IMG/VR virus record: IMGVR_UViG_3300046804_004208
Span: 1 to 64,000 of that record
Reading direction: 5' to 3' (one strand)
Length of the DNA: 64,000 bases
From: a virus
Of this stretch, positions 55,454 through 64,000 are shown piece after piece. Every line of letters begins with the position of its first letter. The stretch's first letter is position 1. The notes beneath the pieces are model-generated. The model had not been told where the DNA came from. It did no database searches and was given only the letters and a program-made list of their open reading frames with translations. The translations under genes were made by a program, and so were the position numbers.

Positions 55454-56482
55454 ATGAAAGCACAACAGATGCAGTCTTTGTTTGAGGCATATCAAAACAT
55501 ATATGTCCGAGAAGAAGTACAAGAAGAATTTTCGGAAGAAGTAGAAATTGCTGCTCAATATTTTTATGAAATGGGTTTAAATGAGGTTGGTGTAGATATT
55601 TTAATTGAAGAACTCGGTGACGAAGAATTTGCTGAGTTTGTTTATGATATTGCCGAAGAATATGTTTTAACGGAAGCACGTGCTGGTGGCGCAAAGATTG
55701 AACCTAAACTTGCTTCTGGAAAAGCAATTCAGGGAAAACCAAAAGCAGCATCATTAAAAAGACTACGTGATCAAAAGGCAGAAAGAAAAGAAGCTGAATC
55801 AAAAGCATCTGAATCAAAACCATCTGGAATGAAGGCATCTCTTCAAAGACAATCTGCAGTTGCTGCTGCTGCAAAGAAGCAACCTAAAAAACCAGGTCTT
55901 TTAGATCGTGTTGCTGGTGCAGTGAACAGAGGTATTGAAGCTGCTCAAACAAGATCTGCTGCTGACGTACAAAGAAGAAAAGAATTTATGAGTGCTGCAA
56001 AAGAGACTGGAAAGGTAATTCGTAACGCAGCAGGAAAAGTTGGTGGTGTTGCAAAAGAAGTTGGCAGAGGAGCATCTGGTGCTACTAAACTTGCTGGGCA
56101 TGTTGCAAGAAAAGGATTGAGTGATGAGTATATTATAGGATATCTGATTGATGAAGGGTATGCTGAAACAACAGAAGCAGCAGAAGCAATTGTGGTGAAT
56201 ATGAGTGAAGAATGGAGAGAAGATATTGTTGAGGCAGCAAAGGATCAATCAAATAAGCAAATTGAAAGAGGTGTAAAGACAACTTATAAGGCAGGAAATG
56301 TTCTTGATAATCAACATCAAGGTAGGAGTCGTGGTTTATCCCGACTTTCGGCAGGTGAAAGAGAAGAAAAAACTAAAAGAATGAGAGGTCGTCTAAAGAG
56401 TCGTAGAGATGATTTATTTGGAGAGCGTAACAGACGTGAAGATGAAGCAAGAGCAGAAATGAAGAAAAAATACGGTCTGTAA
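55454..56482 (+). CDS. 'EAY/EGYA' family protein, paralog 1
   Basis: N-term SLFEAYQNIY; YLIDEGYA...NMSEEW; alternating acidic and basic segments. Confidence 0.75.
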   Translation: MKAQQMQSLFEAYQNIYVREEVQEEFSEEVEIAAQYFYEMGLNEVGVDILIEELGDEEFAEFVYDIAEEYVLTEARAGGAKIEPKLASGKAIQGKPKAASLKRLRDQKAERKEAESKASESKPSGMKASLQRQSAVAAAAKKQPKKPGLLDRVAGAVNRGIEAAQTRSAADVQRRKEFMSAAKETGKVIRNAAGKVGGVAKEVGRGASGATKLAGHVARKGLSDEYIIGYLIDEGYAETTEAAEAIVVNMSEEWREDIVEAAKDQSNKQIERGVKTTYKAGNVLDNQHQGRSRGLSRLSAGEREEKTKRMRGRLKSRRDDLFGERNRREDEARAEMKKKYGL

Positions 56483-56487
56483 TAGGA

Positions 56488-56540
56488 CACTTCTCAAACT
56501 GATACACTAGAGGGTCTCACCACCCTTTTTTTTATAAATA
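56488..56540 (+). promoter_or_regulatory. CACTT-N4-AACTG motif, hairpin/terminator and late promoter
   Basis: Motif 56488-56501; stem 56509-56528; TATAAATA 56533-56540. Confidence 0.65.
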
Positions 56541-56563
56541 TTAAAAAAAGTTTTTATAAAAAA

Positions 56564-57631
56564 ATGAATTCAAAAGAATATAAAAATATATTGGAAGCAT
56601 ACCAAAGTATTTACGAGCAGATTGGAATTCCTATTCCTCCTGGAAAAACTGCCAAGGATGTTTTAACCCCTTTAATTAAATCTCATGGTGGTGGTAAAGT
56701 TGTTGAACCTAAAAAACCAACATTGCAAAATGCACATTATCAGTTTGAAGATGGTGAAGAGTTAACTGAAAATCCTTTATCAACATTAGATAGGATTGGA
56801 AGATCTGCAGCTCAAACTGTTGGTAGTGAGATTGGTAGGAGACAGGGACAGAAAACTGGAATTCCTGGTGGGGGGGTAATAGGTGGTTTAGTTGGTAGTA
56901 ATAAAGGTGGACAGATGTATGATAAAGCGACAGCACCATTGAGGAAAATTCCTGGATTCAACAAAGGGGGAACAGTTAAATCTGAAGATGTTGAAAATGA
57001 TATCTTTAACTGTCTTGTAGAATATTTGATTTCTGAAGGATATGCTGATAATGAAAACAGTGCCTCAGTAATTATCTGCAATATGGGTGAAACTTGGAGA
57101 ACTAGTGTTCTTGAAGAATTGATTGTTGAAAATGCTTTGCAGGATGTTGGAAGAAATATTGGCAATGCTGCAAAGATGTTTAGAATGATGACTGGTATTG
57201 AAAAAATCCCTCAAAAAGCACCTAGTGGACCTGCTAATTTGACTAAAATTGCTATACAAGGACCTTCAGAGCAAACTCCTCCTAAACAAACATTTAAAAT
57301 TGGTACACCACCCAAACCAAATCAAACAGGTCAATATAATTTAATGAGAACTGTTCAATCTAATACTTCATTAAGACCCAAAAATCCAGGTATTTCAATT
57401 CCTGGAAGATTGGGTGTTGCAGCTGCTGGATTACAGGCATATAATACTGGAGATTCAACACTTAAGGCTGCTTTGAAAAGAGGTGATTATAAACCAGAAC
57501 AAGGTCCAAAAAATCCAGACCAGGGATTGACTAAAGCACAATCTTTTGATAAAGCTTTTAAACAAGCTAGATCTTCAGGACAAAAAGAATTTACCTGGAA
57601 CAATAAAAAATATAATACAAAAATTAAATAA
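56564..57631 (+). CDS. 'EAY/EGYA' family protein, paralog 2
   Basis: NILEAYQSIYE; YLISEGYA...NMGETW; C-term SFDKAFKQAR..FTWNNKKYNT. Confidence 0.75.
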   Translation: MNSKEYKNILEAYQSIYEQIGIPIPPGKTAKDVLTPLIKSHGGGKVVEPKKPTLQNAHYQFEDGEELTENPLSTLDRIGRSAAQTVGSEIGRRQGQKTGIPGGGVIGGLVGSNKGGQMYDKATAPLRKIPGFNKGGTVKSEDVENDIFNCLVEYLISEGYADNENSASVIICNMGETWRTSVLEELIVENALQDVGRNIGNAAKMFRMMTGIEKIPQKAPSGPANLTKIAIQGPSEQTPPKQTFKIGTPPKPNQTGQYNLMRTVQSNTSLRPKNPGISIPGRLGVAAAGLQAYNTGDSTLKAALKRGDYKPEQGPKNPDQGLTKAQSFDKAFKQARSSGQKEFTWNNKKYNTKIK

Positions 57632-57634
57632 ATA
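57627..57634 (+). promoter_or_regulatory. Late promoter AATAAATA
   Basis: NATAAATA overlapping the upstream stop. Confidence 0.65.
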
Positions 57635-57654
57635 ACTAAAAAAGTATTCGTAAA

Positions 57655-58299
57655 ATGGAAGCAAAACAAGTTAGAAGTTTAATGGAGGCTTATACTTCCA
57701 TTTATACAGACATCTCCGAATCCCACTTTAAAGTTGGTGATGAGGTTGTATGTAAAGCGAGTGGGATGGAAGGTGAGATTGTAAAAGTTGACCCAGAAGG
57801 CAAGGGTAAGTATTATACTGTCAAGCGTGAAGATGGTAAAACAATGAAGTATGCTCCTGACGAGTTAAAACTTGATAAGGAGGAAGAAAAAGGTGAAAAG
57901 GAGGAAGAAGGCGCAAGTAAAGAAAAAGAAGGTGAGTTTCACGACAAGTTAGATAAAATGGTTCATAAAACTTTTGGTAAAAGACCAGAAGAAAAGAAAA
58001 TGAAGGAAGAAGTAGAAACCGATCTCTTTGATTATCTTCTAGAATACTTAGTTGCCGAAGGTTATGCAGACACCAATAAGGCAGCACTTGCTATTATGGC
58101 AAATATGAGTGAAGAGTGGAAGCAGAGTATTGTTGAGCAAACTGCAAGAATTGATTACACTCAAGACAAATTTAATCGTCAAAATGCTGAAAAATCTGGA
58201 TCAGGTCTTACTTATATTCCAGGAAAACAAAATGCTGGACAAGCACTTCAAAAAGCAAAAGAGTCTGCAAGACAGATGGGGAAACTTGAAGGGGTTTGA
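57655..58299 (+). CDS. 'EAY/EGYA' family protein, paralog 3, with SH3/KOW-like insert
   Basis: SLMEAYTSIY; FKVGDEV...GEIVKV..YTVK..DG; YLVAEGYA...NMSEEW. Confidence 0.75.
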   Translation: MEAKQVRSLMEAYTSIYTDISESHFKVGDEVVCKASGMEGEIVKVDPEGKGKYYTVKREDGKTMKYAPDELKLDKEEEKGEKEEEGASKEKEGEFHDKLDKMVHKTFGKRPEEKKMKEEVETDLFDYLLEYLVAEGYADTNKAALAIMANMSEEWKQSIVEQTARIDYTQDKFNRQNAEKSGSGLTYIPGKQNAGQALQKAKESARQMGKLEGV

Positions 58300-58323
58300 T
58301 GCCACTTTCTAAACTGTCCACTG

Positions 58324-58348
58324 GGAGGTCTTCGGACCTCCTTTTTTT
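58324..58348 (+). terminator. Rho-independent terminator with cUUCGg tetraloop
   Basis: GGAGGTC-TTCG-GACCTCC-TTTTTTT; followed by TATAAT 58350-58355. Confidence 0.85.
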
Positions 58349-58376
58349 GTATAATGACTCCATACGCAACAAATCT

Positions 58377-60533
58377 ATGACCGTCCGCCACGAAATCAAG
58401 TCTCAACTCGCCAAACTGCTTGCCACCGAAGACCTTGTGGTTGAGCACAAGAAGGTGGAGACTGCCTGCTTCAATGTTCACACTCGTGTGCTGACTCTGC
58501 CTATGTGGGAGAAGGCAAGCAACACCGTGTATGACCTTCTGGTGGGGCATGAGGTTGGTCACGCTCTTTATACTCCCGATGAGGATTGGACCAAGAATTT
58601 AAAGGTTCCTCCTCAATTTGTGAACATCGTAGAGGATGCACGTATTGAGAAGATGATGAAGCGCCGTTATCCTGGTCTTTCCAAAACCTTTTATAACGGA
58701 TATAAAGAGTTTTCTGATGATGACTTCTTCCAGATTGGTGATGATGATCTGGAAACCTATAACCTTGCAGATCGTGTAAACCTTTGGTTCAAGATCGGTA
58801 ACTATGTAGATATTCCTATTGAACGTGGCGAAGAGACTGAAATCATCAATATGGTTGCCGAAACCGAAACCTTTGCCGATGTTCTGATTGCTGCAGAAGC
58901 ACTGTATAAGTACTGTAAGCGCAAGCAACAGGAGGAAACCAAGACTCCTATGGATAATCTGGAGGCGCAGGATAGTGGTGCAAGTCAACAACCTGCCTCT
59001 GATTTTACTGATCAGCAGGAAGGTGAGAATGATCAACAGGAGCAACCTGGCGAATCTGGATCGTATGGTGGAACTGCCGAAAAGAATGACCAGCAGCAAC
59101 CTAAAAACACTCAAGAGGGTGGAGAAAAGGATGAAGATCCAGAAGTTAAAACTATGGACTCTCTGGAAGAGGCACTGAAGGATCTTGTCAATCCTGACTC
59201 ATATGAGAATGTTTATCTTGAACTGCCTCAACTTGATCTTAATAGGGTAATTGTCTCAAATCAAGAAATTCATTCTAATTGCAAACAGTATTGGAATAAT
59301 TATGTTGAGGATCAGGGATGGAAATATGAAGATATTTTTGGTGCGGTTGATAAGAAGTTTAATGAGTTCAAGCGTTCTGCTCAAAAGGAAGTTAATTACC
59401 TTGTGAAAGAATTTGAATGTCGTAAAGCAGCAGACTCCTATGCCCGTGCTTCTACTGCACGTACTGGTGTTTTGGACTGCACTAAACTTCATACTTACAA
59501 ATACAATGAAGATCTTTTTAAGAAAGTAACTACTCTTTCTGACGGTAAGAACCATGGATTGGTGTTTATTCTTGATTGGTCTGGATCTATGTCAAACGTG
59601 ATGGAAGATACAGTCAAGCAACTTTTTAATCTTGTTTGGTTCTGTAAAAAAGTTTCTATTCCTTTTGAGGTTTATGCTTTTACTACCGACTATCCTCTGG
59701 TGAAGTATGATGACAACGGTAAAGCAACACTTCGCCAACTCTCTTATGAAAAGAAAGATGGACTTATTCAAGTTGGCGAATGGTTCTCTTTGATGAACCT
59801 TCTTACCAGTAAAGTGAATGGCAAAACGCTTGAAGAGCAAATGCTGAACGTATTTCGTCTTGCTGCTTCCTTTGCTTATAAATCTCACTGTTATTACAGC
59901 ACTCCTCCAGGTCTGACTCTTTCTGGAACTCCTTTGAATGAGTCGCTGATTGCCTTGCATCAAATTCTTCCTAAATTCCAAAAAGAAAACAAACTTCAAA
60001 AGGTTCAGTGTGTTGTTCTGACTGATGGAGAGGGTTGCTATCTTAAGTATCACCGTGAAGTTCAACGCCGATGGGAAGAAGAACCTTACCTGGGAACTTC
60101 TCATATTGGTCCTAATGCATATATTCGGGATCGTAAGACTGGAATGACTTATTCATGCGATGGTGAACATTATGATTTCACTGATGTCCTTCTTCGTAAT
60201 TTGAGGGATAAGTTTACTGATATCAACTTTATTGGTATTCGTGTTCTTGAGTCTCGTGATGCTGGACACTTCATTCGCCGTTACTATGGGTATTATGGTG
60301 ATGAATATGATAAGGTAATGAACTCTTGGAAAAAGGAGAAAGCATTTACCATCAAGAAGTCTGGATACCATTCATATTTTGGTCTTTCTTCTAGTGCTCT
60401 TTCTCAAGAGGCAGAATTTTCTGTTGCTGAAGATGCCACAAAAGCACAAATTAAAAGTGCTTTTGTGAAGAGCTTAAAGACTAAAAAAATGAATAAGCGT
60501 ATTCTTGGTGAGTTTGTAGAACTTGTTGCCTGA
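58377..60533 (+). CDS. CobT-like protein: N-terminal HExxH peptidase-like domain plus VWA domain
   Basis: HEVGH, NIVEDARIE, acidic linker, DWSGSM MIDAS, SGTPL, LTDGE; start ATG 58377. Confidence 0.85.
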   Translation: MTVRHEIKSQLAKLLATEDLVVEHKKVETACFNVHTRVLTLPMWEKASNTVYDLLVGHEVGHALYTPDEDWTKNLKVPPQFVNIVEDARIEKMMKRRYPGLSKTFYNGYKEFSDDDFFQIGDDDLETYNLADRVNLWFKIGNYVDIPIERGEETEIINMVAETETFADVLIAAEALYKYCKRKQQEETKTPMDNLEAQDSGASQQPASDFTDQQEGENDQQEQPGESGSYGGTAEKNDQQQPKNTQEGGEKDEDPEVKTMDSLEEALKDLVNPDSYENVYLELPQLDLNRVIVSNQEIHSNCKQYWNNYVEDQGWKYEDIFGAVDKKFNEFKRSAQKEVNYLVKEFECRKAADSYARASTARTGVLDCTKLHTYKYNEDLFKKVTTLSDGKNHGLVFILDWSGSMSNVMEDTVKQLFNLVWFCKKVSIPFEVYAFTTDYPLVKYDDNGKATLRQLSYEKKDGLIQVGEWFSLMNLLTSKVNGKTLEEQMLNVFRLAASFAYKSHCYYSTPPGLTLSGTPLNESLIALHQILPKFQKENKLQKVQCVVLTDGEGCYLKYHREVQRRWEEEPYLGTSHIGPNAYIRDRKTGMTYSCDGEHYDFTDVLLRNLRDKFTDINFIGIRVLESRDAGHFIRRYYGYYGDEYDKVMNSWKKEKAFTIKKSGYHSYFGLSSSALSQEAEFSVAEDATKAQIKSAFVKSLKTKKMNKRILGEFVELVA

Positions 60534-60564
60534 TAAATAATTTTATAGAATTCTATTATGATTA

Positions 60565-60717
60565 ATGAGTAGATTTACCGATTTATTCCAAGAGTCTGTA
60601 CCAGAACCTGCAGTAGAACCAGCACCTACAGTAAAACAAGAAACTGCAGTAGAACCAGAACCTGCAGTTAAAGAAACTAAAACCCCCCTGCCAAAAAAGA
60701 AGTTCACTATGGATTGA
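60565..60717 (+). CDS. 50-aa Pro/Glu/Ala-rich late protein (not in ORF track)
   Basis: Late promoter GATAAATA 60532-60539; MSRFTDLFQESVPEPAVEPAP... Confidence 0.6.
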   Translation: MSRFTDLFQESVPEPAVEPAPTVKQETAVEPEPAVKETKTPLPKKKFTMD

Positions 60718-60720
60718 TAA

Positions 60721-60776
60721 CCAGTTACTGAACTGGCACAGGGGGCACTCACCTGCCCCCTTTTTTCTTCTATAAT
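60721..60776 (+). promoter_or_regulatory. Palindromic motif, hairpin/terminator and -10 box
   Basis: CCAGTT-ACTG-AACTGG; AGGGGGCA-CTCACC-TGCCCCCT-TTTTT; TATAAT 60771-60776. Confidence 0.7.
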
Positions 60777-60808
60777 TACTTTGTTGAAACGAACCACCTA
60801 ACTAAATC

Positions 60809-61942
60809 ATGCCCCGCAAAATTTCTGTGACTGACGAACAACTCATTTCTGATCTGAAATCTCTGTTTGGTACAGAGTTTTCTTCTGGTGATGTACGTGG
60901 TTATTGTGCCTCTAAGGGTATTTCTTATCCCACTGTTACCAGTCGCCTTGAAAAATTCAAAACTGATCGTGGTCGTTGGAACCTGGAAGTGACTCAAGAA
61001 CGTGTTGAAGAGATTGAGCGTTCTTATCAAGCACCTTCTGTTCTCCCCGCAGCAGAACAAAACCTCATTCCTGATAAAGATGATACCTTCGTCAAGTTTG
61101 GTAACTTTAACGATATTAAGAAAATTATTCAGTCCAATCTTTTTTATCCGACGTTTATTACGGGTCTTTCGGGTAATGGTAAAACGTTCAGTGTTGAACA
61201 AGCGTGTGCTCAACTTAAGCGTGAACTAATCCGCGTAAACATTACAATTGAAACTGATGAAGATGATCTTATCGGTGGTTTTCGTCTTGTGGATGGTGCT
61301 ACTGTTTGGCATAATGGTCCAGTCATCGAAGCACTCCAGCGTGGGGCGATCTTGCTCCTTGACGAGATTGACCTTGCCTCCAACAAAATCCTTTGCTTAC
61401 AATCCGTGCTAGAAGGCAAGGGTGTGTTCCTTAAGAAGATTGGTAAATTTGTAAAACCTGCTGAAGGTTTCAACGTATTTGCTACTGCAAACACCAAGGG
61501 CAAGGGTAGCGATGATGGACGTTTCATCGGCACCAACGTGCTCAACGAGGCGTTCTTGGAGCGTTTCCCTGTGACCTTTGAACAGTCCTATCCCGCTCCC
61601 AGCACCGAGCAGAAGATCCTTGAGGGGGTTGCTCTGGATTTGGGTGTGGAGGATCGTGACTTCTGTAAGCGACTGGTGGACTGGGCAGACATTATCCGCA
61701 AGACCTTCTACGATGGTGGTATTGAGGAAATTATCAGCACCCGCCGATTGGTTCATATCATCCGTGCTTATGGCATCTTCCAAGACAAGGCAAAAGCAAT
61801 TCAAGTATGTGTGAACCGTTTTGATGACGAAACCAAGCAAGCATTCATGGAACTCTATGACAAAGTGGATGTTGACTTCCAGATGCCTTCTACTGGTCCC
61901 GAACTGACTGTAGAATATATTGACGACAAGCAAGCAAACTGA
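60809..61942 (+). CDS. cobS: CobS-like MoxR-family AAA+ ATPase
   Basis: GLSGNGKT Walker A, LLLDEID Walker B, ATANTKG, NEAFLERF, STRRL. Confidence 0.88.
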   Translation: MPRKISVTDEQLISDLKSLFGTEFSSGDVRGYCASKGISYPTVTSRLEKFKTDRGRWNLEVTQERVEEIERSYQAPSVLPAAEQNLIPDKDDTFVKFGNFNDIKKIIQSNLFYPTFITGLSGNGKTFSVEQACAQLKRELIRVNITIETDEDDLIGGFRLVDGATVWHNGPVIEALQRGAILLLDEIDLASNKILCLQSVLEGKGVFLKKIGKFVKPAEGFNVFATANTKGKGSDDGRFIGTNVLNEAFLERFPVTFEQSYPAPSTEQKILEGVALDLGVEDRDFCKRLVDWADIIRKTFYDGGIEEIISTRRLVHIIRAYGIFQDKAKAIQVCVNRFDDETKQAFMELYDKVDVDFQMPSTGPELTVEYIDDKQAN

Positions 61943-61948
61943 TAGAAT
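61920..61948 (+). promoter_or_regulatory. sigma70 promoter TTGACG-17-TAGAAT
   Basis: Same hexamers as the array promoters. Confidence 0.7.
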
Positions 61949-61950
61949 AT

Positions 61951-61976
61951 GAGGAGGTAAATGTGCCTCCTCTTTT
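61951..61976 (+). terminator. Hairpin / possible terminator or attenuator
   Basis: GAGGAGG-TAAATGTG-CCTCCTC-TTTT. Confidence 0.55.
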
Positions 61977-61998
61977 GTTAACTTTACTATGAAAAATC

Positions 61999-62508
61999 AT
62001 GCCCTCTGAAAACCTAGAAACAAACTATTCGGATTACATTCCTGCACAAACCATCTTTGGTAGTGCTAGTTCAGATACTATTTCATTCACAAGTTCTCGT
62101 CTTCCTGGTGGAATGGCAGATCATTCTCAAGACTTCTGGAATTATGATGGAATTAGTTTGACTGGAAATCCTTACACTTCTCCCGATACTATTACTTTTA
62201 ATTTGAACATGCCTGAAGATACAAACAAAAACGGTTTCTGGAAATATAACGAGGATAAAATCCTCAAGCAACTTGAAGAATATATTGCAAGCACTTATCG
62301 GCAACATTATGTTGATCGTACTGGTGGTGGTAAAGAGCAAACCCTAGATAAGATCAAGCACAATCGTCGTGAAGGTTTCTGTGCTGGTAATGTAACCAAG
62401 TACATTGACCGTTATGATACAAAAGGTACTCCCCGTGCTGATTTGTTCAAAGTTTTGCACTACACTATTCTTCTGATTAATCATCTCAACCTTATTGAAA
62501 ACAAGTGA
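61999..62508 (+). CDS. DUF3310-like protein with low-complexity N-terminal extension
   Basis: HY...GFCAGNVTKYIDRY..KG...DLFKVLHY. Confidence 0.65.
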   Translation: MPSENLETNYSDYIPAQTIFGSASSDTISFTSSRLPGGMADHSQDFWNYDGISLTGNPYTSPDTITFNLNMPEDTNKNGFWKYNEDKILKQLEEYIASTYRQHYVDRTGGGKEQTLDKIKHNRREGFCAGNVTKYIDRYDTKGTPRADLFKVLHYTILLINHLNLIENK

Positions 62509-62525
62509 AACTCCAAGACAAAACT

Positions 62526-63191
62526 ATGAAACTATCTGATAACACTCTGACTATTCTCAAAAATTTTGCTGGTATTAATAATTCTATTCTTGTGAAGCAA
62601 GGAAACAAACTTCGCACTATTTCTGTTGCTAAGAACATTCTGGCAGAAGCAGACATTACTGAAGATTTTCCTCGTGACTTTGCCATTTACGATCTCAATC
62701 AATTTCTGAATGGTTTGAGTCTTCATAATGATCCTGATTTGGATTTTAAAGAAGATTCTTATCTGAGTATCAAAGAAGGTAAGCGTAGGGTTAAGTATTT
62801 CTTTGCAGATCCTAATGTGATTATTTCTCCTCCTGAGAAAGACATTCAACTTCCATCACAAGATGTTTGCTTCCAATTGGATAGCACTTCTCTGGAGAAA
62901 TTGGTAAAAGCAGCAGCAGTTTATCAACTTCCCGATCTTTCTGCTATTGGTGAAGCGGGTGTAATCAAACTGGTTGTTCGTGATAAGAAGAATGATACTT
63001 CTAACGAATATGCTATCGTTGTTGGTGAAACCGATGATGAATTTACATTTAACTTCAAGGTTGAAAACATCAAGATCATTCCTGGTGCCTATGACGTTGT
63101 GGTCTCTTCTAAACTTTTGTCACAATTCACCAACACCAAGTACAATCTGACCTATTATATTGCTCTGGAACCCGATTCTACTTTTGGTTGA
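62526..63191 (+). CDS. gp45: DNA polymerase sliding clamp gp45
   Basis: MKLSDNTLTILKNFAGINNSI, FAIYDLNQFL, YYIALE. Confidence 0.95.
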   Translation: MKLSDNTLTILKNFAGINNSILVKQGNKLRTISVAKNILAEADITEDFPRDFAIYDLNQFLNGLSLHNDPDLDFKEDSYLSIKEGKRRVKYFFADPNVIISPPEKDIQLPSQDVCFQLDSTSLEKLVKAAAVYQLPDLSAIGEAGVIKLVVRDKKNDTSNEYAIVVGETDDEFTFNFKVENIKIIPGAYDVVVSSKLLSQFTNTKYNLTYYIALEPDSTFG

Positions 63192-63706
63192 TGAACATTT
63201 TTGTCACTTCCCCCTGGCCTGCTGAGAGTGCTATTTGCCTCCCAGACAAGCATGTTGTTAAAATGCCCTTAGAGTGCTGTCAGATGCTCTCTATCGTTGC
63301 CTCTGACAAGTGGGGACACGGGTATGGCACCCTCCCTAAGGCAGATGGAACCCCCTACAAGACCGAGAAAGGAGCATTCCGCAATCATCCCTGTACCAAG
63401 TGGGCACTGGAGAGCATCCATAATGCCTACTGGTTAATCAAGTGGGGATTGAACTTGTCTGATGAATACTGCCTGCGGTATAATAAAACTCACTCCTGCT
63501 ATAAAACTCTTGTGGACGCATATTATTTGTTTCCCAAAGGTAAGATTACAGAAGTGACTCCATTTGCTCGTGCTATGCCTGAGGAATGGAAGACTGACAA
63601 AACTATTGATACATTTGAGGCATATAAAAGATATATTGCATCCAAACCTTGGGTGTCTGAAAATTATCTTCGTATGCCTGAGCGTAAACCTTCTTGGATA
63701 AATTAA
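63191..63706 (+). CDS. Pyrimidine-dimer DNA glycosylase (DenV-related family)
   Basis: MNIF..., DKHVVKMPLECCQMLS, NHPCTKW, EY..RY.KTH, FARAMP. Confidence 0.75.
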   Translation: MNIFVTSPWPAESAICLPDKHVVKMPLECCQMLSIVASDKWGHGYGTLPKADGTPYKTEKGAFRNHPCTKWALESIHNAYWLIKWGLNLSDEYCLRYNKTHSCYKTLVDAYYLFPKGKITEVTPFARAMPEEWKTDKTIDTFEAYKRYIASKPWVSENYLRMPERKPSWIN

Positions 63707-63709
63707 ATT

Positions 63710-64000
63710 ATGGCGAGTGAATTTCTTCTGACCGAAAAATACAGGCCGCAAGTAATTGATGACTGTATTCTTCCTGACGAAACTAAAAAAACATTTAAGG
63801 AGTTTGTAGAGAGGGGCGAGATTCCAAATCTCCTTCTTGCAGGACCTCCTGGTATTGGTAAAACCACAATTGCAAAGGCACTGTGTAACGAATTAGGAGC
63901 AGACTATTATGTCATCAACGGATCCGACGAAGGACGTTTCTTGGATACTGTACGGAACCAAGCAAAGAACTTCGCTTCGACCGTCTCACTTACGGAATCT
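63710..64000 (+). CDS. gp44: Clamp loader large subunit gp44 (5' partial)
   Basis: EKYRPQVIDDCILP, GPPGIGKTT, INGSDEG; runs off the window end. Confidence 0.93.
   Translation, partial: MASEFLLTEKYRPQVIDDCILPDETKKTFKEFVERGEIPNLLLAGPPGIGKTTIAKALCNELGADYYVINGSDEGRFLDTVRNQAKNFASTVSLTES

Noticed and set aside
58377-61942. Cobalamin biosynthesis auxiliary genes
   Set aside because: No cobN or other cob genes; the motifs fit a generic MoxR AAA+/VWA pair
58248-62849. Multiple minus-strand ORFs of 60-175 aa opposite cobT/cobS/gp45
   Set aside because: Antisense shadows of well-supported + strand genes
1-64000. tRNA, rRNA or group I intron
   Set aside because: No cloverleaf or rRNA-like segment recognised, intergenic gaps are short, and core genes are uninterrupted except for the intein; tRNAscan-SE/Infernal would be needed to exclude them formally

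Overview
Segment of a T4-like myophage genome, most consistent with a cyanomyophage (Kyanoviridae-like). The evidence is the gene order gp25-gp6-gp7-gp8-VrlC-gp13-14-15-16-17-18-19-20-21-22-23-3-uvsY-uvsW-55-47-46-cobT-cobS-45-44, NATAAATA late promoters and sigma70-type early promoters. All credible genes are on the + strand. The most unusual part is a GC-rich island at 1-2620, sharply different from the AT-rich remainder. It is an array of at least nine single-gene cassettes, each preceded by a repeated promoter unit. Seven units read -35/17 bp/TAGAAT-TCCAGAGCA and two are extended -10 TGCTACAGT. In most units the -35 region sits in the loop of a GC hairpin, and a near-fixed-length, SD-less, A/C-rich leader follows. 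The cargo includes a KTSC-like and a winged-helix protein. Other highlights: a class-3 (Ala1, WCT) LAGLIDADG intein in the terminase Walker A motif; a paralogous family of late-promoter-driven putative internal head proteins sharing an N-terminal motif and an 'EGYA...MSEEW' module; proteins with T4-like capsid-targeting sequences; a modular putative polyprotein; an NblA-like small ORF; and a recurring operator-hairpin-promoter element. Product calls come from motif recognition and synteny, not database searches. Several short ORFs absent from the supplied track were translated by hand.
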